The notes beneath the pieces were generated by a model. It ran no database searches. It worked only from the letters and a program-made list of their open reading frames with translations, and was not told the origin of the DNA. The translations under genes and the position numbers were made by a program. Positions 27,760 through 38,622 of a DNA stretch of 64,000 bases are shown in pieces. How positions within the stretch are numbered: position 1 is the stretch's first letter; each line of letters starts with the position of its first letter. The DNA comes from an uncultured Calditrichaceae bacterium (GTDB lineage Bacteria > Calditrichota > Calditrichia > RBG-13-44-9), in contig CAYVKM010000004.1 of NCBI GenBank assembly GCA_964452045.1, positions 2,659-66,658 on the forward strand, read 5' to 3'.

Positions 27760-30204
27760 ATGAAGAATCCGTTTGTAAATATTAAAAAGATTTTTGCCTC
27801 ACTTCGCAGTAAACGATTGTGGGGAAGATCTTTAGATGATGTACTGATTAAACTATCCATGGCGGTACTTCTGATATTGGTAATTGGTGCCTTATTACCC
27901 AGTGAAAGACCTTTTGAGTATAGTAATTTGACTGTTGGCAGTATTGCCCGGGAAGAAATTATTGCCCCTTTCACTTTTCCAATTATAAAAACAGATGCCG
28001 AGTTAAAAGAGGAACGGCAGCGAGCCTGGTTAAGTGTGCCAAAGGTATTTAAGCGGGAAAGCGAACCCAAAGATGTTCAGATATTAAAACTAAAAAATTT
28101 GTTTGATGAATTAACTGGCTATTTTAAGTATTTGCAAAAAGAGGTTGCGGTAAAGAAAGATACCACTCACGATCTCTGGACAAAAGTGAATATCGACAGT
28201 GTATTAAATCAGTACCAGGTGAAATATGGCATAGATTTAACTTTTGAGGATTTTGTGCATCTTTATCAGATGTATAAGGCTGGTAAGCTTGCAAATTTTG
28301 CCAAATTGTTGTCCAACGCTTTTTCCAAAGTATATGGAATGGGAATTATTAATATTTCCAAAGGCGAGATCCAGGAAAAAAGCATTGATATCATGCAAAA
28401 CGGTCTGGAAGAGAATGTCGATCCCAAGCAGGTTTTGGATGAGACTCAGGCTCAGGAGATGTTGTTTAACAGTATTATCAATCAATATCCGGAAGCGAGC
28501 CAGGAATTTAAAATAGCCGCAATCCTGATACCGGCTTTCCTCAAGCCGGATCTATTGTATGATGAAACCCTGACCACCAATCGAAAAAACAAAGCAGTCC
28601 GGGAAGTCCCATCAACTAGTGGCTTTGTTCATGAGAATCAGCGTATTGTTGATAATCATGAAATTATTACCGAGGATATTTATCAAAAATTACAATCTTT
28701 GGGAGCAGCAGAAGCGGAGAGAACAGCAGCTCAACAGGGCTGGCATAAGGTTTTATTTGTCTTTGGTAAATATATTTTTGCCCTGATTATTATTGCGTTA
28801 CTGGGTTTTTACCTATTCCGATATCGCCTCAAAATATTTAATAATAATAAAAGACTGGTCTTAATTGTCCTGGTTTTCCTCCTCCAATTCTTTGCGGCAA
28901 TGCTCATTTCTAATGTTCTGGGATGGAGCTACCTGAGCATTCCGATTACACTTGGTCCAATGCTCTTTTCCATGCTCCTGGATGCTTCTTTCGCCTTCAC
29001 TGCGACCATCCTCATCAGTCTGGTGCTTGGTGCTGTGGCGGGGAATAATTTCTATCTGGCTTTAATGACCTTTATTGTTGGATCAGTAGCACTTTACTCG
29101 GTTCAGAAAATCAGAAACCGTGGTCAGATGTTCAGGGCCATTTTTTATATTTTCTGTGGTTATGCGTTGATTAATTTCAGTTACGGATTCCTCCATTACG
29201 AATCTTTTCGGAGCATGCTCGAAAATTTGTTTTTCTATATGCTTCCGAATGCGATCCTGGTGCCAACCGCGGTATTTTTGCTCATCGGTGTATTTGAGAA
29301 ATTTTTTGATGTGACCACGGACATCACGCTACTCGAACTTTCGGATCTGAATCATCCCTTACTGAAGCGCCTCTCCGTTGAAGCTCCAGGGACATTTCAT
29401 CATAGTATCATCGTGGGAAATTTAGCAGAGGCAGCAGCAAAAGAAATTGGTGCAAATTCGTTACTGGCACGAGTTGGTTGCTACTATCATGATATAGGGA
29501 AAATGCAGCGAGCCGAGTACTTTGTCGAAAATCAGGCGGGTGCCATGAATAAGCACGATTCTCTTACACCGACCATGAGTTCGCTTATTCTATCCAAACA
29601 TGTCAGGGCCGGAATGGAATTAGCCGAGGAATATAAACTACCCCTTGCGGTGAAGCAATTTATACCGGAACATCACGGGACCAGCGTTATGGCCTACTTC
29701 TATCACAAGGCCCAGGAAACCATGGACGCCAAGGATATCAATGAGAACGACTTTCGCTATCCGGGACCTAAACCCCAATCGAAAGAAACGGCTATCGCCA
29801 TGCTTGCCGATACGGTTGAAGCGGCCTCCCGCACTTTACCGAATCCAAATTTACAGAGAGTAAGTGCCCTGGTGGAAAATTTAATTGAAAAGAGATTCCA
29901 GGAAGGTGAGCTTGATGAGTGCGATATCACCCTGCGTGAATTGAATAAAATAAAGGATGCATTTATCCATATCCTCATGGGCATCCATCACCTGCGCATT
30001 GAATATCCGGGTGGAGAAAAACAAGGGGAGAAGCCAAAGGCTGGTAAAAAAAGCGCAGATGATAAAGATACAGATCGGAATGTAATCAAGGAAAAAACAG
30101 AGCCGAATAAAGCAAATTCCGCAGATTTGAATAAAAAGCCAGACGACAAAGAGTTCGAGACGGTACATAAGCAGAACAATTCAGATGAAGATAAAAAAGT
30201 ATAA
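27760..30204 (+). CDS. pgpH: 7TM-receptor/HD-domain phosphohydrolase (PgpH/YqfF family)
   Basis: 814 aa. Extracellular 7TMR-HDED region, a 7-TM block (about residues 330-520) and an HD domain (HHSIIVGNLAE...YYHDIGK). C-terminal tail of about 65 aa is K/D/E-rich and low-complexity. Confidence 0.75.
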   Translation: MKNPFVNIKKIFASLRSKRLWGRSLDDVLIKLSMAVLLILVIGALLPSERPFEYSNLTVGSIAREEIIAPFTFPIIKTDAELKEERQRAWLSVPKVFKRESEPKDVQILKLKNLFDELTGYFKYLQKEVAVKKDTTHDLWTKVNIDSVLNQYQVKYGIDLTFEDFVHLYQMYKAGKLANFAKLLSNAFSKVYGMGIINISKGEIQEKSIDIMQNGLEENVDPKQVLDETQAQEMLFNSIINQYPEASQEFKIAAILIPAFLKPDLLYDETLTTNRKNKAVREVPSTSGFVHENQRIVDNHEIITEDIYQKLQSLGAAEAERTAAQQGWHKVLFVFGKYIFALIIIALLGFYLFRYRLKIFNNNKRLVLIVLVFLLQFFAAMLISNVLGWSYLSIPITLGPMLFSMLLDASFAFTATILISLVLGAVAGNNFYLALMTFIVGSVALYSVQKIRNRGQMFRAIFYIFCGYALINFSYGFLHYESFRSMLENLFFYMLPNAILVPTAVFLLIGVFEKFFDVTTDITLLELSDLNHPLLKRLSVEAPGTFHHSIIVGNLAEAAAKEIGANSLLARVGCYYHDIGKMQRAEYFVENQAGAMNKHDSLTPTMSSLILSKHVRAGMELAEEYKLPLAVKQFIPEHHGTSVMAYFYHKAQETMDAKDINENDFRYPGPKPQSKETAIAMLADTVEAASRTLPNPNLQRVSALVENLIEKRFQEGELDECDITLRELNKIKDAFIHILMGIHHLRIEYPGGEKQGEKPKAGKKSADDKDTDRNVIKEKTEPNKANSADLNKKPDDKEFETVHKQNNSDEDKKV

Positions 30205-30643
30205 ATTGCGGATAAATATTTTTAACAGCTATCCCAGTACACCATTTCCTGTAAAAATGTATCGGAAATTTGTCGAGATGGTTATGACTGCAGAAAATAT
30301 TACTCTACCTGAACTGAATATTATTGCGGTGGATGATGAGTACCTGGCTAAATTGCATAAAGCGTATTTATCGGATCCGTCCTATACTGATGTGATGTCC
30401 TTTCTGCTAGATGACCCTGAGGGGGCGGTCGGGGAAATTTACTTAAGTATCGACCGGGCAAAGTATCATGCAAAAATATATGAAGTCGGGGTGGAAGAAG
30501 AATATGCCCGACTAATCGTCCATGGACTTCTGCATCTTAAAGGAATGGATGATAAAACCGAGGCCGACCGTGAAAGGATGCATCAAATTGAAAACGGCTA
30601 TTTAGAGAAATTTTGGAAGATGGAGAATGGGGTAAAAAAATAA
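30185..30643 (+). CDS. ybeY: Endoribonuclease YbeY (rRNA maturation factor)
   Basis: HGLLHLKGMDD matches the HGxLHLxGYDH zinc motif. The track start overlaps pgpH by 20 nt. An alternative ATG at 30257 would not overlap. Confidence 0.85.
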   Translation: MKIKKYKLRINIFNSYPSTPFPVKMYRKFVEMVMTAENITLPELNIIAVDDEYLAKLHKAYLSDPSYTDVMSFLLDDPEGAVGEIYLSIDRAKYHAKIYEVGVEEEYARLIVHGLLHLKGMDDKTEADRERMHQIENGYLEKFWKMENGVKK

Positions 30644-30740
30644 TTAAAATTTTCCTGTCAAATTAATGGACTTCGGGAGATTATAAATTTATATTTTATT
30701 TGAAATATTGAGTCTAACTAATATGGGATTGTTTTCATAA

Positions 30741-32054
30741 TTGATTCTTGAATTCATTTTTTATGCACTTATTTTTATCATCTTATTAATTTTTTCCGCT
30801 TTTTTTTCCGGTTCGGAGACCGCCTATTTTTCTTTAACCCCGGCTCAGTTAGACCATTTTAAGAACTCCCGTAAGGTGAGCGATAAACGGGTAAGTAAAT
30901 TGATGATTTGGCCGCGCCAGCTGCTGATAACAATTGTTATTGGTAATACCGTGGTCAATATCACCATTGCATCTATCGCTGCAGTTCTCACGGTTCAGCT
31001 GAGCAGACAGGTGGGGCTCCATGAAAATGTAATTATCCTATTGGATGTATTAGTGGTCACGTTTGTTATTCTGGTAGTCAGCGAAATATTGCCAAAAGTG
31101 ATTGCCGTGCGAAACACCGAGCGATTTTCAAAAAGGACCTCTTTAATACTGACTATTATTTTCTATATTTTTTACCCGATATCGTACGGACTGGCAAGAT
31201 TTACTCACTTTTTGCAAAAAAATGTCGGGCTTACCGAGGAAAAAATCCTGCTCACCGAAGATGAGGTGAAAACTCTGGCAGAAGTAGGTGAGGAACATGG
31301 CACTTTGCATAAAGATGAAAAAGAGATGATCCACAGCATATTCGAATTTGGTGAAACCACGGTCAAGGAAATTATGGTCCCCCGAACCGATATGGTTATT
31401 GTGGATACGAATTCTACTCTGGCTAAATTAATGCAATTGGTTAAAGTAAAACTGCACTCACGTATCCCGGTCTATAAGGATGAAATTGATAATATCATCG
31501 GTATTTTATATGTCAAGGATTTATTGCCCTACCTGAATAAACGCAAGAAAGAGCCAATCGATCTGCAGAAATTAGCCAGACCGCCTTATTTTGTCCCGGA
31601 ACAGAAAAAAATTGACGATCTGCTGAAGGAGTTCCAGGAAGAACACATCCATATGGCATTGGTTGTTGATGAATACGGTGGCCTCTCCGGTTTAGTGACA
31701 CTGGAAGATATAATTGAGGAGATCGTGGGCGAAATTCAGGATGAGTATGATAAAGAGACACCCCTGTTTAAGAAAATAAGTGAAAATAGTTTTCTGGTTG
31801 ACGGCAGGATGTCAGTGGAGGAACTGAATGATGAACTAAATATGCAGCTACCGGAAATTGAGGGTGTGGAAACCATCAGTGGATTTATTCTAAATCTGCT
31901 CGGTTCTTTACCATTGGAAAAAGAGGAGGTGAAGTATAGCAATTATAAATTTATTGTGGAAAAAATTAACCGTAATAGAATTTTAAAAGTACGAGTGGAG
32001 ATTGTTCCCATTGCCGAAGATCAAAGCGAAAAGACCGAACCCGAAAAGCAATAG
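30741..32054 (+). CDS. CorC/HlyC-family transporter-associated protein (DUF21 TM + CBS pair + CorC_HlyC)
   Basis: 437 aa. Four N-terminal TM helices, tandem CBS domains and a C-terminal transporter-associated domain. Apparent TTG start. Confidence 0.8.
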   Translation: MILEFIFYALIFIILLIFSAFFSGSETAYFSLTPAQLDHFKNSRKVSDKRVSKLMIWPRQLLITIVIGNTVVNITIASIAAVLTVQLSRQVGLHENVIILLDVLVVTFVILVVSEILPKVIAVRNTERFSKRTSLILTIIFYIFYPISYGLARFTHFLQKNVGLTEEKILLTEDEVKTLAEVGEEHGTLHKDEKEMIHSIFEFGETTVKEIMVPRTDMVIVDTNSTLAKLMQLVKVKLHSRIPVYKDEIDNIIGILYVKDLLPYLNKRKKEPIDLQKLARPPYFVPEQKKIDDLLKEFQEEHIHMALVVDEYGGLSGLVTLEDIIEEIVGEIQDEYDKETPLFKKISENSFLVDGRMSVEELNDELNMQLPEIEGVETISGFILNLLGSLPLEKEEVKYSNYKFIVEKINRNRILKVRVEIVPIAEDQSEKTEPEKQ

Positions 32055-33423
32055 TTTAAAAGAAATTCCATCCGTCCAGGATATTCTCCTGTCGTTATCC
32101 CAAAAGAAATTAAAAATTGATGATGAGTATTTGAAGGTTCTCGTTCAGAAAGTGGTGCAGGATTTTCGGGAAAAAATTCTGTCTGGTGCTGCATCAGAAA
32201 ATCTATCCAAACAGAATATAACAGATGAAATTTTGGAAAGAACTATCGCGGAAATCGACAGGATTCGGTCGTATCGATTAAAACGGGTGATAAATGCCAC
32301 CGGTATTATCTTGCACACCAACCTGGGCCGGTCACCGATCGCATCGCAGGCGGTAAAACATCTTTCGGATATTTTAGAGAATTATTGCAACCTGGAAATT
32401 GATTTAGTAACCGGAAAACGTGGGGATCGAATCAATATTGTTGAAGAGATTATTTGTCTGATTACCGGGGCTGAGGGTGCGGTTGTGGTAAACAACAATG
32501 CCGGTGCGGTTCTGCTAACGCTCTACAGTCTTTGTCATAAAAAAGAGGTACCTGTTTCGAGAGGTGAACTAGTAGAAATCGGGGGCTCATTCCGGATGCC
32601 CGAGGTCATGAAAGCGGGTGGAGTTAAGATGGTCGAGGTGGGGACAACCAATAAAACCCATTTGAAAGATTATGCAGATAGAATCACTCCTAAAACCGGG
32701 GGAATACTCAAAGTTCATACCAGTAATTATAAGATAATGGGTTTTACTTCCAGTGTTCCGATTGATGAGTTAATCCAGCTGGCCGGGGAAAATCAGATTC
32801 CGCTGATTTATGACATGGGTAGCGGCGTAATCGAAGATCTGCGTAAATGGGGGTATTCCCGTGAGCCAGTTGCCAGAGAATATATTAAAGCAGGGGTAGA
32901 TATTGTAACCTTTAGCGCAGATAAGGTGCTTGGGGGACCACAGGCTGGAATCATCATTGGTAAAAAGAAATATATTGAAAAAATCAAAAAGAACCATCTT
33001 CTGCGTGCTTTACGCTGTGATAAGGTGACCTACGCTTTGCTGGATGCGACTTTGAGATTATATTTTCAGCCTAAAGAACTGAAGAAAAGCCTGCCAGTTG
33101 CTCAAATTTTAAATACCCCTATGGACGAACTCAGAGGGCGCGGGACCGGATTAATCTCCCGGGCATCAAAACGGCATCTGCATATGAACTTAATTGATAC
33201 CTACTCCCAGATGGGGAGTGGTGCATTACCTCTGGAAAAAATTCCTTCAGTGGCGGTGGCGGTAAGATCCAATAAATTTACCGTAACGGAGATCGCAAAG
33301 AAAATGCGGATTGGTACACCCCCGATTGTCGGGTATATTGAAAATGAGTGGTTTATGTTAAATCTCAGAACTGTGAGAAAAGATGAAATTCCGATTATCG
33401 TTACCGCACTTAAGGCCCTATAA
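32002..33423 (+). CDS. selA: L-seryl-tRNA(Sec) selenium transferase
   Basis: 473 aa. INATGIILHTNLGRSP (PLP region), SRGELVEIGGSFR and FSADKVLGGPQAGII (Lys-PLP site) match E. coli SelA. TTG start, overlapping corC by 53 nt. Confidence 0.85.
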   Translation: MFPLPKIKAKRPNPKSNSLKEIPSVQDILLSLSQKKLKIDDEYLKVLVQKVVQDFREKILSGAASENLSKQNITDEILERTIAEIDRIRSYRLKRVINATGIILHTNLGRSPIASQAVKHLSDILENYCNLEIDLVTGKRGDRINIVEEIICLITGAEGAVVVNNNAGAVLLTLYSLCHKKEVPVSRGELVEIGGSFRMPEVMKAGGVKMVEVGTTNKTHLKDYADRITPKTGGILKVHTSNYKIMGFTSSVPIDELIQLAGENQIPLIYDMGSGVIEDLRKWGYSREPVAREYIKAGVDIVTFSADKVLGGPQAGIIIGKKKYIEKIKKNHLLRALRCDKVTYALLDATLRLYFQPKELKKSLPVAQILNTPMDELRGRGTGLISRASKRHLHMNLIDTYSQMGSGALPLEKIPSVAVAVRSNKFTVTEIAKKMRIGTPPIVGYIENEWFMLNLRTVRKDEIPIIVTALKAL

Positions 33424-33491
33424 CTCATGAACTCTTCCCCAGGAAAAAGTAAGTAAAAATAATTTTAACATATTTAAATTTTAGTAAACAG

Positions 33492-35405
33492 ATGCAGCGA
33501 CAATTTGTTATCGGGATGGCGGGTCATATTGATCACGGTAAAACAGCTCTGGTGGAGGCGCTGACCGGAATTAATACGGACAGGTTAAAAGAAGAAAAGG
33601 ATCGGGGAATCACGGTTGATCTGGGATTTGCTCACCTATCGGAAAATGTCACCATTATCGATGTTCCCGGTCATGAAAAGTTGATAAAGAATATGGTGGC
33701 TGGGGTAACGACAATCGATCTGGTTCTGTTTGTGGTTGCTGCTGACGATGGCATCATGCCCCAAACCCGGGAACATCTAGAAATTGTCAATCTGCTTGGG
33801 ATAAAGAATGGCATTTTTGTCATCACCAAAACCGACCTAGCAGATCAGGAATGGATTTCCCTGGTGGAGGAGGAGTTACGGGAATTATTAAAAACTTCGA
33901 ATTTTGCTGATGCTCCAATTTTGAAAGTTTCTGCGCTAAAAAATAATGGAATCGAGGATCTACGCAGAGCCATACAGCAACAGCTGGACAAAATTAGTGC
34001 CCGAAGGGATGACGGTATTTTTCGTTTACCGGTCGATCGGGTATTCAGTAAAGCGGGTTTCGGCAGCATTGTTACCGGAAGTGTTATTTCGGGAAAAATA
34101 AAGACCGGAGAATCTGTTGAGATCCTACCGGAGAAATTAACTGCCAGAATTCGTGGATTACAAAGCCATGATTCTTCAGTGGACATGGTGGAAGCAGGAT
34201 TCCGCGCCGCCTTAAATTTGACTGGATTGGATCATCATCGACTCTACCGGGGGCAGGTGCTGACCCTCCCAGGATTTTATCAGGCAGTTGATCAGTTTAA
34301 TGCCCGATTTTCTTTGCTTGACTCCGCACCGATCTCGATAAAAAATCAAACCCGGGTAAGGGTTCATCTTCATACCATGGAGGCACTGGCCAGAGTGCTT
34401 TTACTGGAAGGTCGAGAAATCTTACCCGGAAATACCATCCTGGCCCAATTCAGATTCGAGAAGCCGATTTATGCCTCTTATAGGGACCGGTTTATTATCC
34501 GGCAATATTCTCCTCAGGTGACGTTGGGTGGCGGTATGGTTCTGGAGACAAATCCACCCAAATTCCGGAAAAAATATCTGGAACTTACCCGATCAAGTCT
34601 GCAGGGACTTCAATCGGATTTGCTTACCGAGAGAATTCGGTCGGTTTTTTCTCTGATAACCTTCAGTCCATTATCATTTGATGAAATACGAATTAAGACT
34701 GGAAGCAGTGAGCAAGTTTCCCGAGAGACTTTAGCGGAACTAGAAGACAAAAAAGAAATATTCCAGACCAGGCGCGCAGGACAATTGGTATACATATCGA
34801 AGGCGCAGAAAGATAAAATTCTTGAGCAAACTGAAAGTAATCTGGAAAAATTCCATAAGCAGTTTCCGGGAAGGACCGGAAAACGCCAAAATGAATTGAA
34901 AATGGAGCTCCAAAAATATTTTCCTGCAGAAGCCCTTGAAACAGTTATTGCTGTGGGGATACAAGAAAAATTATTACGGCAGGAGGGCGATTCTCTTTCT
35001 CTGACCACTTTTGAGTCAGCCCTGAGCGAACCGCAACAATTACTTTTGCAAAAAATTGAGGATATTTTTAAAGATAATTTGTTCACCCCACCTGGCCCTG
35101 AGGAAGTCCGGGAGATTCTAAAATTAAAGGATACGGAGTTCCGGGAATTGCTGGCAATTTTAAGAGAGCGGGGAATTTTGGTGATGGTGGAGGAAAAAAT
35201 ACTTTTTCATCAGGATGCCATCGACAAAATAGTTGAAATTCTTCATGATTATTTTCAAAAAAATTCAGAAATTCGGGTTGGAGATTTTAAGGATCTGATC
35301 AATTCCACCCGGAAGTATGCTATCCCGCTTTTAACTTTCCTTGATAATAAAGGTTATACCATCCGGCAGGAGGATATGCGAATCAAAGGGCCAAAGCTGA
35401 ATTAA
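33492..35405 (+). CDS. selB: Selenocysteine-specific translation elongation factor
   Basis: 637 aa. G-domain [31 protein letters not shown]. Long C-terminal winged-helix extension typical of bacterial SelB. Confidence 0.85.
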   Translation: MQRQFVIGMAGHIDHGKTALVEALTGINTDRLKEEKDRGITVDLGFAHLSENVTIIDVPGHEKLIKNMVAGVTTIDLVLFVVAADDGIMPQTREHLEIVNLLGIKNGIFVITKTDLADQEWISLVEEELRELLKTSNFADAPILKVSALKNNGIEDLRRAIQQQLDKISARRDDGIFRLPVDRVFSKAGFGSIVTGSVISGKIKTGESVEILPEKLTARIRGLQSHDSSVDMVEAGFRAALNLTGLDHHRLYRGQVLTLPGFYQAVDQFNARFSLLDSAPISIKNQTRVRVHLHTMEALARVLLLEGREILPGNTILAQFRFEKPIYASYRDRFIIRQYSPQVTLGGGMVLETNPPKFRKKYLELTRSSLQGLQSDLLTERIRSVFSLITFSPLSFDEIRIKTGSSEQVSRETLAELEDKKEIFQTRRAGQLVYISKAQKDKILEQTESNLEKFHKQFPGRTGKRQNELKMELQKYFPAEALETVIAVGIQEKLLRQEGDSLSLTTFESALSEPQQLLLQKIEDIFKDNLFTPPGPEEVREILKLKDTEFRELLAILRERGILVMVEEKILFHQDAIDKIVEILHDYFQKNSEIRVGDFKDLINSTRKYAIPLLTFLDNKGYTIRQEDMRIKGPKLN

Positions 35406-35430
35406 GTCAATCTACCAGCCTGTCTCCGTT

Positions 35431-36375
35431 TTAATCTCCTTTCAAATTCTTCTTGGCAACCCGGACATTTCTCTTAAATCTATCATATCCTAATCGTCTC
35501 ACCGGTGTACCCTCAAACATTTTTTCATAATCCGTTTGGGATAAATTCTCCAGTTTGGTGAGCAGTAAATCAGCCGGTTTATATCGGGATTGAAAATCCT
35601 TTTCCCGGGTATCCCGGGCAAACCTGATGTTCCACGGGCAAACTGCCTGACAGATATCACATCCAAAAATGTAATTATCCATTTGTTTGGCGAAACCTTG
35701 GTCAATAGTTCCTTTGTGTTCAATAGTGAGATATGAAATACATCGCCGGGCATCCAACCGGAAAGGTTCGGGAAAAGCGTTGGTTGGGCAGGCATCCTGG
35801 CATTTGTGACATTCACCGCAGAAATCAACGGTAATTGGTTCGTCAGGAGGAAGGGGTAGGTTTGTGATAATCCCACCCAGAAAAAAAAATGATCCTTTTG
35901 CTTTAAGAATTAATGTTGTGTTTTTGGCAATCCATCCCAGACCTGCCCGCATGGCGAGCGGTTTTTCCATGATCGGAAAAGAATCCACAAATATTCTGCC
36001 ATTAGTTCCAGGCTCAACCGAAATCAACCAGTTTAGAACCTTTTTAAATTTATTTCGCAAAACTTTGTGATAATCCCGTCCCCGGGCATATATGGAAATG
36101 TTGCCAGAATCTTCCTGAAAACGGATTTTATCCTTTTTCTGATAATAATTTTGTGCCGCAATAATAATCGATTTAGCTTCTTTAAAGAACGAGTTTGGAT
36201 CTGACTTCTGTTTATGTGTATCGGAAAGCCAAGACATGGTACCGTGAAAATTTTGCCGGATAAAACTTTTCAGATCGGCTCCTCCTTTTGTCAGAGGTTC
36301 AGCAGTGGTGATTCCTACCGCATCAAAACCGGTGGACAATATTTGTTGCTTGATTTGACTGGCAAGATCCTTCAT
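35431..36375 (-). CDS. queG: tRNA epoxyqueuosine(34) reductase
   Basis: 314 aa. Two ferredoxin-type 4Fe-4S motifs (CGECHKCQDACP, CDICQAVCP) and the QueG-family N-terminus. Confidence 0.8.
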   Translation of the reverse strand: MKDLASQIKQQILSTGFDAVGITTAEPLTKGGADLKSFIRQNFHGTMSWLSDTHKQKSDPNSFFKEAKSIIIAAQNYYQKKDKIRFQEDSGNISIYARGRDYHKVLRNKFKKVLNWLISVEPGTNGRIFVDSFPIMEKPLAMRAGLGWIAKNTTLILKAKGSFFFLGGIITNLPLPPDEPITVDFCGECHKCQDACPTNAFPEPFRLDARRCISYLTIEHKGTIDQGFAKQMDNYIFGCDICQAVCPWNIRFARDTREKDFQSRYKPADLLLTKLENLSQTDYEKMFEGTPVRRLGYDRFKRNVRVAKKNLKGD

Positions 36376-36513
36376 ATCACAGATATGAGTTCTATGTTAA
36401 AAAGTAAGATTCACTTTTATTTATCAAAACTATGTGTTCAATTGTACTATTTGGATTTGAAAAAGTAAAGAGGATAATTGCGTAGATTCAGAAATACGTA
36501 TCCGGTAATGTCA

Positions 36514-36750
36514 TTAAGTCAGATTTTTAATTCCGGATGTAGCTAAAGATTTAATGATTTTTCCTTGCATTGAGAGTGCCCGTACCGGACAAACCCAGAT
36601 ACATTTGCTGCAGCGGGTACATCCCTCATGATCAATAGATAATTTGCTGATAGACATACCCATAACATTTTCCGGGCAAACACCCACGCAGGTACCACAC
36701 AGGTCACATTTCTGGTCGTCAACTGAAATTTGTAGTAAATTTTTATCCAT
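36514..36750 (-). CDS. 2[4Fe-4S] ferredoxin
   Basis: 78 aa with CDLCGTCVGVCP and CTRCSKCIWVCP motifs. Confidence 0.75.
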   Translation of the reverse strand: MDKNLLQISVDDQKCDLCGTCVGVCPENVMGMSISKLSIDHEGCTRCSKCIWVCPVRALSMQGKIIKSLATSGIKNLT

Positions 36751-36756
36751 CTGATT

Positions 36757-37527
36757 TCAGGAATTCAGGGTAGGAGATGTGGGAATAGCTTTCTTGAAGA
36801 CTTCATTTCCGGACAATATGGATTTCTTCAGTTCCATAAAAATTTCCGGTTTATTGGTAATGATCCCGTCAATTCCTTTTTCGATTAACTCGATCATTTC
36901 CTCCCGTTTATCAACTGTCCAGGCATAGATCTTCCCGCTTCTCTGGTAGAGTTTCCGGATATATCTATTGCTTAATATCCGATATCGGGCATGCAGCGAT
37001 CTCACGGGTTGGCCATTCAGCACCATCATGCTGGATCGGTTGTGAAATATGAATCCCAGGTGAAAGTCTGGATCCAGCAAAGCTATTTTTTTCAAAACCC
37101 AAGGATTAAATGAAGAAATAATAATATTTTCCCGTAGTCCAAAATCTTTCAGGATATTTAGAAGCTTTTCTTCTAAAGCATTTTTACTGAATATCTCTTT
37201 TTTTACGTCTAAATTTATCAGTACTTTTTTTCCCGCCAGGTCCAGGACTTCTTCCAATAAGGGAATTTTTGCTTCTTGTTTTAGCGGTTCAAACAGACGC
37301 ATTCCTTTTAGAGTGGAATAATCCAGTCGGGAGACACTTGAGTGAAAGCTGGTCATACGAAAGGTATTACGGTCGTGAAATACAAAAATTTCTCCGCTGG
37401 TAGCTAACCGGACATCCAGTTCTATACCATCGCAACCTAATTCAATTGCTTTTTCGAATGCCGGAATTGAGTTTTCCGGAGCAAAAGTATGCGCCCCTCT
37501 ATGTGCAAAAACGATAGGATAATTCAA
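36757..37527 (-). CDS. Glycerophosphodiester phosphodiesterase
   Basis: 256 aa. IVFAHRGAHTFAPENSIPAF...ELDVRLATSGEIFVFHD GDPD catalytic motif. Confidence 0.8.
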   Translation of the reverse strand: MNYPIVFAHRGAHTFAPENSIPAFEKAIELGCDGIELDVRLATSGEIFVFHDRNTFRMTSFHSSVSRLDYSTLKGMRLFEPLKQEAKIPLLEEVLDLAGKKVLINLDVKKEIFSKNALEEKLLNILKDFGLRENIIISSFNPWVLKKIALLDPDFHLGFIFHNRSSMMVLNGQPVRSLHARYRILSNRYIRKLYQRSGKIYAWTVDKREEMIELIEKGIDGIITNKPEIFMELKKSILSGNEVFKKAIPTSPTLNS

Positions 37528-37720
37528 ATATGATTCACTTCCGATAGATTATTGAGATAGTCCAGACGAAGTCAAATTATTAGTGTCTTGCTGTAAATTG
37601 ATTAAACATAAAGAACCCGGAATATTTAGTCAAGCTATTTTTCTTTCGATCAATAAATTTCCATGTTTTATGAATTAGTCGTTTTTGAATCTATGACTAT
37701 GTTTTGCTGTCTGGCAACTA

Positions 37721-38503
37721 TTATTTTAGGTAAATGATTTGCAAATCGTGACCAATCTCGACTGTTCCTTTAAATTCTTTTTTTATTTGCTGGACTGGTT
37801 CCACCTTAAAGGTTTCGGGGTATAGATGGGTCAACATTACCTCTTTTACTTTGGCTTGTTTGGCAATTTTTGCCACACTACTGGGGGTAAGGTGTCCGCT
37901 CATAGGATTTTGATCTGGAAATGAGCATTCCAGGAATGCTAAAGTGGAATTCCTGCATAAATTTACTAAAGCCGGGCAATACTCACTGTCACCTGAAAAT
38001 ACAATAACTTTTTCATCGAAGACAAATCGGAAGCCGATGCTTTCGGTATTGTGAACAACCTTTTCCCAGGACAACTGAAATTCGGGAAATTTATAAGTCG
38101 GTTGAACAAGCTCTCGGATCTTGAATGTCCGTTTATACGGATCCAACCAATCTCCGTAGGCATGCCTCATTTTTAGTATAAAGTTTTTCAATCCCGGAGG
38201 ACCCGAGATCTGTAATTCTTCTTCAGAATTATCGGGTGATTTTAAATAATAATAGAGCAGGAAAGGGACCAGATCAGAAATATGATCGGGATGGAAATGA
38301 GTCACAAAGATATAATTCAAATCTTCCGGCATAACCTTGACCAGTTTTAGCTTTTCAAACGTCCCGGGACCGATATCGACCAGGATGTTGACAGATTTAT
38401 ACCGGAGCAGGGTTGAGGCGCAAGAGTGATTTTCATTTGATAATAAAGTTCCTGTTCCCAGGAGCTGAATAAATAATTCCTCATTTGAATTGCGGATAGC
38501 CAT
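37721..38503 (-). CDS. MBL-fold metallo-hydrolase (RNase Z-like)
   Basis: 260 aa. VTHFHPDHISD metal-binding motif. Confidence 0.6.
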   Translation of the reverse strand: MAIRNSNEELFIQLLGTGTLLSNENHSCASTLLRYKSVNILVDIGPGTFEKLKLVKVMPEDLNYIFVTHFHPDHISDLVPFLLYYYLKSPDNSEEELQISGPPGLKNFILKMRHAYGDWLDPYKRTFKIRELVQPTYKFPEFQLSWEKVVHNTESIGFRFVFDEKVIVFSGDSEYCPALVNLCRNSTLAFLECSFPDQNPMSGHLTPSSVAKIAKQAKVKEVMLTHLYPETFKVEPVQQIKKEFKGTVEIGHDLQIIYLK

Positions 38504-38622
38504 ATTAAAATTTCTTTTAATTATTGCGGTAACCAGGTTAATTTAATAAATATTTTTCCGAACATTATCTATACTTTTGTTTTAAATTATTGTATCTATT
38601 TTTACAAAATTAGGGAGTTTAA

